Assembly (NCBI GenBank): GCA_965221905.1
Contig: OZ244922.1
Coordinates: 2,016,001 to 2,080,000 of the forward strand
Reading direction: 5' to 3'
DNA from: Chloroflexota bacterium
GTDB lineage: Bacteria; Chloroflexota; UBA11872; VXOZ01
Length of the DNA stretch: 64,000 nt
Below, piece after piece: positions 42,384 to 52,919 of the stretch. Each line of letters opens with the position of its first letter. Positions within the stretch are counted from its first letter, which is position 1. Below the pieces are notes generated by a model. The model saw nothing but the letters and a program-made list of their open reading frames with translations, did not search any database and was not told where the DNA came from. The translations under genes and the position numbers were made by a program.

Positions 42384-43121
42384 CTACCCTTCCACCTCAA
42401 TCGTGAAGAATTGCCACTTGGGGGTGCAACTGTCGCGGAGCGTGTCGTCATCTAGCACCATCTGATAGCAGGGCCAGATTTCCCATGTGCCCGGTTCATC
42501 GAGCGGTATTAAAACGCCTGTCTTGAACTTCTGATACCTGGCAACTTCCACCCCCTCATGCACTAACCCAAAGTCTTTCTCTTCCCCTGTGGGGTGATTT
42601 ACGGAAACAAACGTTCGCTTTAGCTCGATTGGAGAGGCCCAAAGGCTTTGGACAGTGAACTCAATGTAGATCTCTTGGCCCACCTTGAAGGCAGACTTGT
42701 CGGCTTCAATGCCATGCCCCGGCGGGCCGTAAGCCGTCATTTCCACCAATCGAAAGGCATCGAAGTTTGCGGCCGGCTGGAATGCCTCGTAAAAGACCTC
42801 CAGTTCGCCAAGGATCTCCGGCGTGGCTGTGGGTTCGATGAGCGGCAACTCGGCCGTCTCGGCAGCCGATTCAGACTCTTCATCACCCTTCGCCGCCGCA
42901 GTTGCCGTGCTGCTCACATTGATGGTTACGCCTGCGGACTCCGGAGACGCTGTCTCTGAAGTACCGGAAACCATGTAGATCACGGCGACAACGAGAAATA
43001 TACCTCCCACGCCCATGGCACCCAATGACACTGCAGGGCGGCGACCTGCGACCCTGCCTATCAGCCCAACGGCCAAGAGTAAGGCGCCGACTACACCAAA
43101 GGCAATTGTAAGCGGAGCCAT
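42384..43121 (-). CDS. Hypothetical membrane-anchored protein
   Basis: Two N-terminal TM helices, acidic linker, beta-rich C-terminal domain with two Cys; TTGACT-18-TATAAT upstream. Confidence 0.6.
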   Translation of the reverse strand: MAPLTIAFGVVGALLLAVGLIGRVAGRRPAVSLGAMGVGGIFLVVAVIYMVSGTSETASPESAGVTINVSSTATAAAKGDEESESAAETAELPLIEPTATPEILGELEVFYEAFQPAANFDAFRLVEMTAYGPPGHGIEADKSAFKVGQEIYIEFTVQSLWASPIELKRTFVSVNHPTGEEKDFGLVHEGVEVARYQKFKTGVLIPLDEPGTWEIWPCYQMVLDDDTLRDSCTPKWQFFTIEVEG

Positions 43122-43446
43122 GCTTGTAACCTCGAGTTCCTGATGTACAGCAGCGGCTCGTTCACCCTAAGCCGCTAGAGACTTCAACAAATTGATGACG
43201 GAGAAATGGGAGGCCCAACTCCTCCGCAAGCCTCAGCCAGTTGAATGAGCGCAACTGCCTATTCTTGACGATTATAGTATCCGGAAGGCCACGAAGTCAA
43301 GAAATTGGCGAGACACAGCAATTGCAGCGCGGTGGCGCATTAGGTACCGTATAGCAAACCGAATGATCTTTTATGTAGATGGCACCCATTCTGCTGCGAC
43401 TCCCGCTATGCGCAGTTGCTCGGATGTTGTGAGAAAGGATGAATTG

Positions 43447-44289
43447 ATGAATCTCTTCCACAAAGCGCCTGTGGGTCTAGGTCATCACGCAGTCGTTGCC
43501 GATGGACATCCCTCGCTCGACCGCATTCGCATTGCTGTCTTGCGGCTAGCTCCCGGCGAAAGCCTCACAGGCGAAACCGGAGCATGGGAATCCGCTCTCG
43601 TGCTGCAAGCGGGAGAAGGGATTATCGCCGTGGAGTCCCACGGCATTGCTCACCATTGCCGGCGCCAGAACGTCTTTGCCGGCCCTTCATCGACGGTATT
43701 CGTTGCGCCTGAGCAAACGTGGGAAGTCCGCGCGCAAGGAAGCTCGCCCATGGAAGTGGTCGTCTGCAGCACGCCCGGCAAGCCGGGAATGGCTTCCCAG
43801 GTCATCACCGCCGATCAGCTCAAGGTCCGTAAAGTTGGACAAGGTAACTGGTTCCGCACCATCTATGACGTTATCGACGCGCCGTTTCCGGCACACACGA
43901 TGGTCCTGGGTGAGACCTATAACCCGCCCGGCTTCTGGAGCAGCGCCCCGCCGCACAAGCACGAGGTTGACGACCCGCCGCATGAGTCCCTGCACGAGGA
44001 AGCCTATCTCTTCCGCATCACGCCGGCGCGGGGCTTTGGCATGCAGCGCGTCTATACCGACGACGGCTCGATTGACGAGTCTTACACAGTGGAAGACGGC
44101 GACGTGGTCGCCATCCCGCGCGGCTACCATCCTGTTGTGGCAGGGCCGGGATATCAACTCTATTACCTCTGGGTTTTGGCAGGCAATCAGCGTGTGCTGG
44201 CCCCGCGAGACGATCCAAAGCACGCCTGGCTCAAAGATAGCGAGGCCGTGATCACGGCCGTGGGTAGCCTGAGAACGCCCGGCGGGTGA
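43447..44289 (+). CDS. iolB: 5-deoxy-glucuronate isomerase IolB (KduI/IolB cupin)
   Basis: WSSAPPHKHE, HEEAY, GFGMQRVY, PRGYHP, YYLWVLAG. Confidence 0.9.
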   Translation: MNLFHKAPVGLGHHAVVADGHPSLDRIRIAVLRLAPGESLTGETGAWESALVLQAGEGIIAVESHGIAHHCRRQNVFAGPSSTVFVAPEQTWEVRAQGSSPMEVVVCSTPGKPGMASQVITADQLKVRKVGQGNWFRTIYDVIDAPFPAHTMVLGETYNPPGFWSSAPPHKHEVDDPPHESLHEEAYLFRITPARGFGMQRVYTDDGSIDESYTVEDGDVVAIPRGYHPVVAGPGYQLYYLWVLAGNQRVLAPRDDPKHAWLKDSEAVITAVGSLRTPGG

Positions 44290-44388
44290 GGCATGCCACC
44301 CATGGCCGAGGCAAGTCAGCGCAGACGTACGGTGATGCGCGCTAAGTCATGCGGAAGCTGAAGTTAGTCAAAGGAGAGTGACCGAGCA

Positions 44389-45780
44389 TTGGATGAACGA
44401 TTCGACCTGATCGTACTTGGCGGCGGCAGCGCCGGATACGCCGCCGCGCGCACGGCCGCCGAAATGGGCGCCAGCGTAGCGGTAGCAGAGCTAGGGCCGC
44501 TGGGCGGCCTGTGCATCTTGCGCGGCTGCATGCCCAGCAAGGCGATACTGGCATCTGCCAACCGTCTCTATCATGCTCAGCACGCAGCGGAACTGGGCAT
44601 TCACATTGGCAGCGTTACGCCTGACCTGCCCGCCATCATCGCCCGCAAGCGGCGCTTGATCAAGGAATTTGCCGAGTACCGCATCGAGCAGCTTTCGACG
44701 CCGGATCTTACCCTCGTCAACGGTGCGGCGCAGTTCTTGTCCGCCGAACGCGTGCAGGTGGGCGAACGCGTGCTCACTGCGCCAAAATTTGTCATTGCTA
44801 CGGGCTCCGTGCCTTTCGTGCCGAAGATTCCCGGTCTGCTGGAAGCGGGTTACCTGACGAGCGACGATGCCCTGGAAATGGAAGAGTGCCCGGAATCGAT
44901 CTGTGTGCTCGGCGGCGGTCCGATCGGCTTAGAGCTGGGGCAATTCTATTCGCGTCTCGGCGCAAACGTCACCCTCTTGCAGCGGAGTAGCTGCATTCTC
45001 AGTAGTGAAGATGAAGCAGTGGGCACGGCGCTTGAAGGGTACCTGCGGGAAGACGGCATGGACATTCGCTGCGCCACCCGTCTCAATGCTGTAGAGCAAC
45101 GCAACGGCAAGAAGTTGCTCCACCTCGTGCAGAATGACGTGGAGAGCCAAATCGAAGTGGACCAAGTCCTGGTCGCAACCGGGCGCAGTCCGGCGCTGGA
45201 GGGCCTGAATCTTGCCGCCGCCGGTGTGGAGAGCACGGCGCGCGGCATTGCGACGGATACCGCCATGCGCACGTCCAATCCGGCGATCTTCGCCGTGGGG
45301 GATGTCACGGTCTCATACGACATCGTGCACGTGGCGATCCAGCAGGGCGAAATCGCGGCCCACAATGCGCTCGCCGCCGGCCCGCCGCAGTATATGGACT
45401 ACCGTATCGTTCCCGTCGTCATCTTCACCGAGCCGCAGTACGGACGCGTGGGCATGACGGAGAAGGAGTCCCGCGCCAAGGGGATTCCTATCGTCACTGC
45501 CTCATACCCCTTCAGCGACCATGGCAAGGCGCTCTGCCTGGGCGAAACGAGGGGCTTTGTCAAGATGATCGGCCACGCGCAGACGGGTGAGATCCTGGGC
45601 TACCAAGTCCTAGGCCCGGAAGGGGGCGAGTTGATCCACGAATGTATCGTGGCGCTCCACTACCGCGCCACGGCCCAGGACTTCATGCGCATTCCCCACT
45701 ACCATCCGACGCTGGCGGAAATCCTCACCTACCCCGCCGAGGAGATCGCCGAACAGGTCGCCGGACGGAATGGATCCTAG
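44389..45780 (+). CDS. Pyridine nucleotide-disulfide oxidoreductase (dihydrolipoyl dehydrogenase / MerA-like)
   Basis: GGGSAG, GGLCILRGCMPSK, GGGPIG, HPTLAE; no C-terminal Cys pair, so not MerA. Confidence 0.88.
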   Translation: MDERFDLIVLGGGSAGYAAARTAAEMGASVAVAELGPLGGLCILRGCMPSKAILASANRLYHAQHAAELGIHIGSVTPDLPAIIARKRRLIKEFAEYRIEQLSTPDLTLVNGAAQFLSAERVQVGERVLTAPKFVIATGSVPFVPKIPGLLEAGYLTSDDALEMEECPESICVLGGGPIGLELGQFYSRLGANVTLLQRSSCILSSEDEAVGTALEGYLREDGMDIRCATRLNAVEQRNGKKLLHLVQNDVESQIEVDQVLVATGRSPALEGLNLAAAGVESTARGIATDTAMRTSNPAIFAVGDVTVSYDIVHVAIQQGEIAAHNALAAGPPQYMDYRIVPVVIFTEPQYGRVGMTEKESRAKGIPIVTASYPFSDHGKALCLGETRGFVKMIGHAQTGEILGYQVLGPEGGELIHECIVALHYRATAQDFMRIPHYHPTLAEILTYPAEEIAEQVAGRNGS

Positions 45781-45826
45781 CGGCTCGACAAGTTTGTATT
45801 GATGTGTAGAAAGGCTCGCCTCCGTG

Positions 45827-45855
45827 CCCGTCAATTCCGCGCAAGTGGGAATCCA
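45827..45855. repeat. Degenerate REP-like palindrome (CGTCATTCC..GGAATCCA family)
   Basis: CCCGTCAATTCCGCGCAAGTGGGAATCCA; same family as 57468-57495. Confidence 0.55.
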
Positions 45856-45946
45856 GGGGTAGGCGGGTGGGGCCGATCTTATCCTTACAGTGTTGTTGAA
45901 CCACTAGCGTCCCCTCCCGTTCGCATTGCTGCGGACTCGCCAAGTT

Positions 45947-46131
45947 CCTGTCGAAGCGCACATGACTTCCAGTAACCGTTCGTGCTGAGCCTGTCGAAGC
46001 ACACATGGCTCCCAGCAACCGTTCGTGCTGAGCCTGTCGAAGCACACTTGGCTCCCAGTAGCCGTTCGTGCAAAGCCTGTCGAAGCGCTCATGGCTCCCG
46101 GCAACCGTTCGTGCTGAGCCTGTCGAAGCAC
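45947..46131 (+). repeat. Tandem array of 43-bp REP-like units
   Basis: CCGTTCGTGCTGAGCCTGTCGAAGCAC core at 45976, 46019, 46062 and 46105, plus a partial first unit. Confidence 0.9.
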
Positions 46132-46200
46132 AAGCGGAAACCCCTTCTACCGGGCACTCATCTAGTCGTGCTGACGCGCCGCTGCTAAAATAGAAGGCGC

Positions 46201-46285
46201 GGGGACGTGTCGGAACTGGAAGACGAGCATGACTTAGGATCATGTGCCGCAAGGCGTGCGGGTTCGAGTCCCGCCGTCCCCACCA
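46201..46285 (+). tRNA. tRNA-Leu(TAG)
   Basis: GGGGACG acceptor stem, CATGA-CTTAGGA-TCATG, long variable arm, GTTCGAGT, CCA. Confidence 0.96.
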
Positions 46286-46930
46286 ATTCAAGCCCTATCT
46301 GGCCCGACGACCAAATTCAACACTTACGCGTGACAAAGCACGCGACAGTGCGGTTGCATCCCTAAGCTGGGCTCTATCCGCCGGCGGGCTGGCGAATCAG
46401 CGGCCATTCTTAGCGCGAGGCCGAAACTCAATCCGTCATTGCCGCTTGGGCGCAGTGCCTTCGACAAGGCGCCAAACCAAACGTCTGCACGCGCAAAACC
46501 ACACTCATGCTCAATCGGTCTTGCCTCTTGGGCAACCAGCCTATCTCAGTCCAATCGCCGTCATCCTAGATTCTTCAAGCGAGGAGTTAGCGTTGTGTAA
46601 CCTCTGATTCTGGGTCTCGCCGACAACTTTCTTCTCTTGAAAGGGCAATATCTCTTGGGGCTATCGTGCAGACTGGAGGAATCCTTCAAAGAGTCTGACC
46701 TGCCTTGGCGCCAGAACTTCCGGTGACGCCTCGAGTCCGGGCATAAACATAGCGCCCATTCCTGAAGCTATTCCTCCCGCAATTGGGCCAAATCGCTAGG
46801 GTCCAGATATTTTGCTATAGGGCCTTGACGCTGTCAGAGATTAGATACACTATTTGCAGTAAGGGGAAGCCTGACCGCTTCTCTAAATTGCCTTTACTTT
46901 GCAGGCAGCAGCCCAAAGCCTTATCCGGCT

Positions 46931-48229
46931 TTGCACGCCGAAAGGAATCCTCCGATCTCAACGCTCTTTTCGGGCCGTTCAAGTTTCTTGGATCGCGCTC
47001 AGCGTCTTCTGGCTGCAACAGCCGAGGTCTTGGCGTTGCACCGGCGGAGTTTCAATGTAACTAAATCGGACGAATTGCGCTATTTGGGAACGATCTCGGT
47101 TTGGATACGTTGGCTGATTGCTGCCATTTGCGTGCTGTTATTGTTGTATCGCCCCGACTTTCATCCCGTTCAATATGCGGCCTACATTAGTTTTCTCATT
47201 GTGCTGGCAGCACTCAATGGCCTTGTTCACGGCCGCATCCTAACGGGTCGTCAGGTGACACTTCGCTGGCTTCTCGCTCTGAGCGCGATGGACTTTGTCT
47301 TGATAACAGGCGGTGTCATTGCGAGTGGGGAGTTTGACCACTATTTCTTCTATTTGTTGTATTATCCTGCCCTGGCCGGGCTCGCGGTCATGTTCAGCTC
47401 ATTCAGGCTGAACATGGCTTGGACTTCACTGGTGGCGCTTGCATATATCGTTGTGAGCATGACTGTCAACAATGGCCTGGACTTGGCGGCCAAAGAGGAG
47501 AGGACGCTGTTTGTTAGAATTGTCGTTATGTATACTATTGTAGTGTCTTTTAACCTGGCTGCTCGGATTGAGAGGGTAAGAAGGCAAGAGGCCGTGGAGC
47601 GGGAACGAGCGCTCCATGAGGAGCAAGTCCGGCTTGCAAAATCCTTGCATGACACGACTGCCCAGTCGGCATACATGATTGGCCTTGGGATTGAGACTGC
47701 TATGGAACTGGCGCAAGACTCCAATCGAGAATTGGTCGATAAGCTTGAGGCGACCTACCGCTTGTCCAAGTCGGCAATGTGGGAACTGAGGTATCCTATC
47801 GATATCGGGCTTGTAGTCGAAGGCAGGAAGCTGGGCGCAGTTCTGGAGTCGCATGCCGGCACGTTTACTGCCATTTCGTCAATACCTACCAAGGTTGTCC
47901 GAACCGGCAATGAGCCGCCGCTCCCCCCAGCCACTACGAGGACTCTCCTTTCAATTGCGCACAACGCGCTGACCAACGCGTTTAGGCACTCTCATGCCGG
48001 CAAGGTCACCATTGAGCTCGAGTTTAAAGATAACGGCCTGCGAATGGCCCTGTCGGACGACGGCATTGGCCTACCGGATGACTACGCCGAACGCGGCCAT
48101 GGCTTCAAGAACATGAGGGCAGATGCGGAGCGTATTGGCGGCAGGCTTTTAGTAGACTCGAGCACATCCGGACAAGGCACAACCGTGACGTGCGCGCTAG
48201 AATATAATGTACCTATAGGAGGTATGTGA
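46931..48229 (+). CDS. Membrane sensor histidine kinase (HisKA_3 / NarX-like); start uncertain
   Basis: Several TM helices, SLHDTTAQ, HNALTNAFRHS, DDGIG, GHGFKNM. Confidence 0.85.
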   Translation: MHAERNPPISTLFSGRSSFLDRAQRLLAATAEVLALHRRSFNVTKSDELRYLGTISVWIRWLIAAICVLLLLYRPDFHPVQYAAYISFLIVLAALNGLVHGRILTGRQVTLRWLLALSAMDFVLITGGVIASGEFDHYFFYLLYYPALAGLAVMFSSFRLNMAWTSLVALAYIVVSMTVNNGLDLAAKEERTLFVRIVVMYTIVVSFNLAARIERVRRQEAVERERALHEEQVRLAKSLHDTTAQSAYMIGLGIETAMELAQDSNRELVDKLEATYRLSKSAMWELRYPIDIGLVVEGRKLGAVLESHAGTFTAISSIPTKVVRTGNEPPLPPATTRTLLSIAHNALTNAFRHSHAGKVTIELEFKDNGLRMALSDDGIGLPDDYAERGHGFKNMRADAERIGGRLLVDSSTSGQGTTVTCALEYNVPIGGM

Positions 48230-48230
48230 C

Positions 48231-48926
48231 TTGTCAACAGGTCAACTAACCAAGGTAATGATCGTGGACGACCATTCCATTATGCGGGATGGTCTAAAAG
48301 AGGTCTTGGAGCGCTCTGGCGCCTTTGAGGTAGTAGGCCAGGCCTAAGATGGTGTGGTGGCAGTAGAAGTGGCTCAGTCTCTCAGGCCCGACGTGATCAT
48401 CATGGACGTGATAATGCCGGAGAAAGACGGTATCGAGGCGTGCCGGGAGATTAGGGAGGCGCTGCCTGAGACTCGTGTGCTCATCTTGACCGCCTCGACC
48501 GAGGAAGACGCCGTGCTAGCGGCAGTGGCCGCTGGCGCTACCGGGTATCTGCAGAAATTCTCCGGTAAGGAGAAACTCCTCTCAACCATCCGTGAGGTCG
48601 CTGAAGGCGAATTCAGCATCCCAGGCGACTTGACGCGGCGGGTGTTTAATAAGATCCGTACAGCACCGCCTAGCAAACAAAGCCAACGGACGAACGGCCT
48701 AACTCCGCGGGAGCGGGAAATACTTACGCTCTTTGCCCAGGGCTTGTCGTATGATGCAATTGCCGAGGTTAGGGGCAACCGACCGTTAACCATCCGCAAT
48801 GCTATCTATATCATCCGGGACAAACTGGGAGCTAAATCCATTCAGGAAATGGTGGTCTGGGCCGTGCGCAATGGACTGCTGGACGATGATCTGCCATCAA
48901 GCCCTTCGCCCAAAGACAACCGCTAG
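48231..48926 (+). pseudogene. NarL/LuxR response regulator with in-frame TAA at 48345-48347
   Basis: AGGAGG RBS; TTG start reading SxGQLTKVMIVDDHSIMRDGLKEVL...GQA*DGVVAVEVA, continuing to IMDVIMP and LTPRERE HTH. Confidence 0.88.
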
Positions 48927-49029
48927 GTCTGAATTTGCTGCGTTTGCCGGCAAGCCGGCTGCCCCCTCTGCCGAGCACACCCCTTCTTGACGAGCGCCAG
49001 CCCGCGCGCCAGCCGCATGACACGGTACA

Positions 49030-49074
49030 GTGTCGCGAGTCTGTCGCAAGTTTTGTCACAAGTTTGTCGCAAGT
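49030..49074 (-). repeat. Four ~11-12 bp tandem repeats right after the Fic stop codon
   Basis: ACTTGCGACAA ACTTGTGACAAA ACTTGCGACAG ACTCGCGACA on the minus strand. Confidence 0.7.
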
Positions 49075-50121
49075 TCAGCCGGAGCCGTTAGCAATCACGT
49101 ATTCCAGCCGGTTCGAACCTTCCCGGCGGCGGAGCAGGCCCTTCTCCACCAGGGCCCTGAGGTCTCGCTGGAGCGTCCGGCGCGACATCTCAGGATAGAG
49201 CTTTTGGTATTCGGCAATCGTGAGCCTGCCGTGCTCTAGCACGTGCCCCAGCGCGCGCGCCTGCCGTTCTGTCAGACCACGGCGGCGCGCAAGAGTCTCC
49301 TGCCTGATTGCCCGCTCTCCCCTCTGCTTGACCTCGGCGAGTTGGGTTGCCAGGCCCTTAGTGAAGAACTCGATCCAACCGGTCATGTCCATATGCGCTC
49401 GCCTCACGCCTTGAAGGGCGTCGTAGAAAGCCGTTCGATCCCGGTCGTAATACTCGCTAAGCGTGAAGAGCCGCTTGAAGTCATAGCCCGCGCGGTAGAG
49501 GCACAGCGTCGAAAGCAGCCGGGACGTGCGCCCATTGCCGTCCAGGAACGGGTGGATGTGCACCAACTGGAATTGCGCTAGTCCACTAACGATGACGGGG
49601 TGGATGTCGCTGGGATGACTCAGCCACGCGACCAATTCCCGCATGAGGATGGGTACGTCCTCGGTCGGCGGCGGCGTGTAGATCGTCTCGCCGGTCGCGG
49701 CGTTGATGACATAGTTCTGCACGCGCCGGTACTCTCCCGGCGCCGCAGACCCGCCACGCACGCCGGCCACCAGCCGCCGGTGTATTTCAAGGATTAGTCT
49801 CTCTGTGATGGGTCCCCCGTCGTTGAAGTAAGCGCTGACGAACGCGAAAGCGTCGCGATAGTTGAGAAGTTCACGGGCGTCGTCCGGGTCCGCTCCCGGC
49901 ACCGCACGGCCCGCTAGCAGATCGTCGGCGTCCTCCAGCGTCAGCCGCGTGCCCTCGATGTGCGTCGTGTGGTGCGCTTCCAGGAGAAACGCCTCCGAAC
50001 GCATCGCGTCAACCCACTCATCCGTAAGCGTCGCCGCCTCCAGAAAGCCCCGCGCACGCTCGATCTCGGTGAGCGCTGCAGTGATTGCGTTCGTGATTGA
50101 AAAGCGCAGTTCAAAGGCCAT
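49075..50121 (-). CDS. Fic-family protein with C-terminal HTH
   Basis: Canonical [12 protein letters not shown] motif; TTHIEGT inhibitory-type helix; [16 protein letters not shown]. Confidence 0.93.
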   Translation of the reverse strand: MAFELRFSITNAITAALTEIERARGFLEAATLTDEWVDAMRSEAFLLEAHHTTHIEGTRLTLEDADDLLAGRAVPGADPDDARELLNYRDAFAFVSAYFNDGGPITERLILEIHRRLVAGVRGGSAAPGEYRRVQNYVINAATGETIYTPPPTEDVPILMRELVAWLSHPSDIHPVIVSGLAQFQLVHIHPFLDGNGRTSRLLSTLCLYRAGYDFKRLFTLSEYYDRDRTAFYDALQGVRRAHMDMTGWIEFFTKGLATQLAEVKQRGERAIRQETLARRRGLTERQARALGHVLEHGRLTIAEYQKLYPEMSRRTLQRDLRALVEKGLLRRREGSNRLEYVIANGSG

Positions 50122-50248
50122 TTTGTAACCCACTAGACTCCCGATTTCTCTCACTCAGTATAAGCGGGGTCTGTGTGAATGGGCACTTTCTACCCGCAAG
50201 TATCTTACGTGCTTCTGGACAACAGTGGGTATAGTGCCGCGCCGCCAC

Positions 50249-52753
50249 TCATGACTTGTGCTGACGCTGTTCGTGGCGCTGGTGAATGTCTTCTATGGCG
50301 ACGTCGAGATCGTCCCAAAGTCGTTGCACCATGGAGCGCAACCGCATATTCTGATATGCGCCCCAAACGGTCATAGCCGGCGGCACGACTACGATGGAGG
50401 CGATCAGCGAGTATGCAATTGTGATGGTAGCAGTCAGCCCGAATTGCTGGAACGAGGGGATAGGCGAAAATGCCAGCATCCCGAATCCGATCGCAGTCGT
50501 CAGCGCGGAGCCAAGCAGCGCCGTACCGGTGGTGGCTAGAGTCCGGATCGCCGCGGATTCTGGGTTGCGCACCTTGGTGAATTCTTCTCGGTAACGGTGG
50601 ATCATGTGAATTGTGTAGTCAACGCCGATCCCTATTGAAAGTGCCGTGATTATCGAGGTCACCGGTGTATAAGGGATGCCAAGAAGCGCCATCGTGCCTA
50701 AAGCACAGATAAGCGACAGGATGATGGGCCCAACTGCTACAAAACCAAGGACAGGTTGGCGGACGGTTGCCCAGAAGAAGAAGACAAGTATGCCGAGGGC
50801 AGCGGCGATGGTCGTAATGATTGCCTGTCTTTGGCTCTCTGTAACCGCGTTCGAGACCTCAATGCTTACGATGGATTGCGACATCAGTGTGATCTCGCGG
50901 TCGTGACCCAACCACAGTTTCTCTGTTTCCTCGGCCATGTCCAGCGTGCGCCCGGAGTCGCCGGTAAGTGCGTGAAACTGAATCAGCATCGTGTCAATGC
51001 CTTCAGGATTGTTGACCAATACCTGCGGAACAAGCTCAGGCTCCTTGGATTCCAGTCTGCTAATGAATTCCTGCACGAGTATTGCGTCAAGGTGCAGGCC
51101 TGCGGTCGCCTCCCAAAAAAGCATCGCCAACTCAGGGTCGTACTTGTCTTCCGGGCTGCCGTCATCTAAGATCCAGTCAAACGCGATCTGGCCGAACGAG
51201 AGACTGATGTCGCCCTTCACGCCAGCCGGCCGCTGTCCCTCATCCCGAAACGCTGCCATGAAATCCCACAGGTTCAGGACTGTCCGAACCTCTGTCAATT
51301 CCGCATTTATGAGTACGTTCACCACCTCCGTCGAACCTCCCAGAGCAGCCTCGAGTGTCTGGATGTCCTTGACCACTTCACTATCCCGAGGCAACAAGCC
51401 TTGCCTGCTGAATGCGGTGTCAATCCGTCTAGCCTCATACCCAAGCCCTATTGTCACCAAAACAACAATAGAGAGATAGGGCGTCGGCCTGCGCGCCACC
51501 TCTCTACCGAGAACCCCTGCCACCCGCTTGATGCCCGGAAGTGCTTCCGATATCGGACGAGCCGGAGCGAAAGTGCCTTTTTTTATCCGCCGCCGGTCGA
51601 TGATTATTCGAACAGCAGGGATCAGCGTGAGCATCGCGATCAAGCTCATGCCTACGCCCAGTCCTGTGACGACTCCGAATTCGGCGATCGCAGGGAATGG
51701 CGATAGAAGCGTCGTGAAGAAGCTTATGATCGTCGTGACGGCTGCCAGCGACAAAGGGACTATTACGTTTCGCAGCCCATTGCGAACTGCATTCACTCCT
51801 AGCTCACCCGAATTCGTTTGCTCTCGGTAGCGCGCGACGGTTTGAATCGAATAGTCGACGGCAAGGCCGATTACAATCAACGGTACGATAGACGCCAGTA
51901 GGCTGGGCGGGCCGATGAGGCCGAGGCCATTCGGTCCGAGCCAGCCCTGCGCGCCGGTGGCCCAGACAAGCGCCATAGCCAGCCCGCCTAAGGTGAGCAA
52001 CAGATCGGATATCACCCGCATGAAGAGCAGTGTTATGGCGGCGATAACTACCAGGACCAAAACCAGCAATCGCAGCACCCCTGGGCCTATAGCTTCCTTC
52101 TGCACATTGTCGATAAGTGTTTGCGATAGGCTGCGAACCGAGAGTGGACCCGTCTCCTGATTGACCAACTCGTGAATTCTGAGTTCGGCGTCGCCAACCG
52201 TGCCCTCGGAATCGATTTCAATCAAGCGTATTCTGGCGACCGATATGGGGGTGCCGTCGGCATCGGTCCCGGTCAGGCTATCCAGCGCGTTTCGTACCTG
52301 CGCGAACTCCGGCGTACTGCGAATGGCGTTCAACGCCCCGTCAATTTGAGCTTGGGTGACTCCATCGAATCCGGTCACCTGAAGCGTGGCGGCTATCAAC
52401 TGAGAAGGCGATACGACTGAATCCTTAGGCGCCAAGTTATCGGCGACTTCCGGGTCCGTGAGCACCCGCTCGATAACACGGTCCATTTGCGCCAGCCCTG
52501 CGGGAGTGAAAGCCTCTCCTCTGAAAAGCAGCGTCACGAGGGTTACCGACGCAGAGTCACTGAAGAGATTCTCCAGGTCCTCCAATGCCCTGGTGATCTC
52601 GCCGTCCTGCGGCAGAAACGACTCGTCGGCCGACTGTGGCGCAAGCTGAGCAATTCCTGCGGCGAAGAAGATCGTTACAATGAATAGGGCGGCGAGGGTC
52701 GCGACAGGACGGACCGTTACCAGCCAGCTTAGCGCATCGACGATCCTGCCCAT
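50249..52753 (-). CDS. MMPL/RND-family transporter
   Basis: Two repeats carrying GLAVDYSI and GIGVDYTIH; about 12 TM; AGGAGG RBS. Confidence 0.9.
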   Translation of the reverse strand: MGRIVDALSWLVTVRPVATLAALFIVTIFFAAGIAQLAPQSADESFLPQDGEITRALEDLENLFSDSASVTLVTLLFRGEAFTPAGLAQMDRVIERVLTDPEVADNLAPKDSVVSPSQLIAATLQVTGFDGVTQAQIDGALNAIRSTPEFAQVRNALDSLTGTDADGTPISVARIRLIEIDSEGTVGDAELRIHELVNQETGPLSVRSLSQTLIDNVQKEAIGPGVLRLLVLVLVVIAAITLLFMRVISDLLLTLGGLAMALVWATGAQGWLGPNGLGLIGPPSLLASIVPLIVIGLAVDYSIQTVARYREQTNSGELGVNAVRNGLRNVIVPLSLAAVTTIISFFTTLLSPFPAIAEFGVVTGLGVGMSLIAMLTLIPAVRIIIDRRRIKKGTFAPARPISEALPGIKRVAGVLGREVARRPTPYLSIVVLVTIGLGYEARRIDTAFSRQGLLPRDSEVVKDIQTLEAALGGSTEVVNVLINAELTEVRTVLNLWDFMAAFRDEGQRPAGVKGDISLSFGQIAFDWILDDGSPEDKYDPELAMLFWEATAGLHLDAILVQEFISRLESKEPELVPQVLVNNPEGIDTMLIQFHALTGDSGRTLDMAEETEKLWLGHDREITLMSQSIVSIEVSNAVTESQRQAIITTIAAALGILVFFFWATVRQPVLGFVAVGPIILSLICALGTMALLGIPYTPVTSIITALSIGIGVDYTIHMIHRYREEFTKVRNPESAAIRTLATTGTALLGSALTTAIGFGMLAFSPIPSFQQFGLTATITIAYSLIASIVVVPPAMTVWGAYQNMRLRSMVQRLWDDLDVAIEDIHQRHEQRQHKS

Positions 52754-52919
52754 TGCAGCCCTCCTACTATTACCAGCCAGGTAGCGTGCCGACCTTCCCT
52801 CAGAAGCATTATAACTGCCATTGAGGAGTTCCGGCCCACTGTCCAAAACCACCCGCTGACCAGTAATCGACGTGTCCACCTCTAATGCCGGGCAATCTTG
52901 GGGAAACTGCCCGTGAAAA

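Noticed and set aside
44389-45780. Mercuric reductase MerA
   Set aside because: Lacks the C-terminal Cys-Cys pair, the NmerA domain and any mer operon context.
45947-46131. CRISPR array
   Set aside because: Spacers are only 16 nt and are variants of each other; no cas genes; the unit matches a REP family.
48345-48347. Stop-codon recoding (in-frame TAA here and at 31465)
   Set aside because: TAA is the normal stop of aspS, the response regulator at 9765 and others, so these are point mutations or errors.
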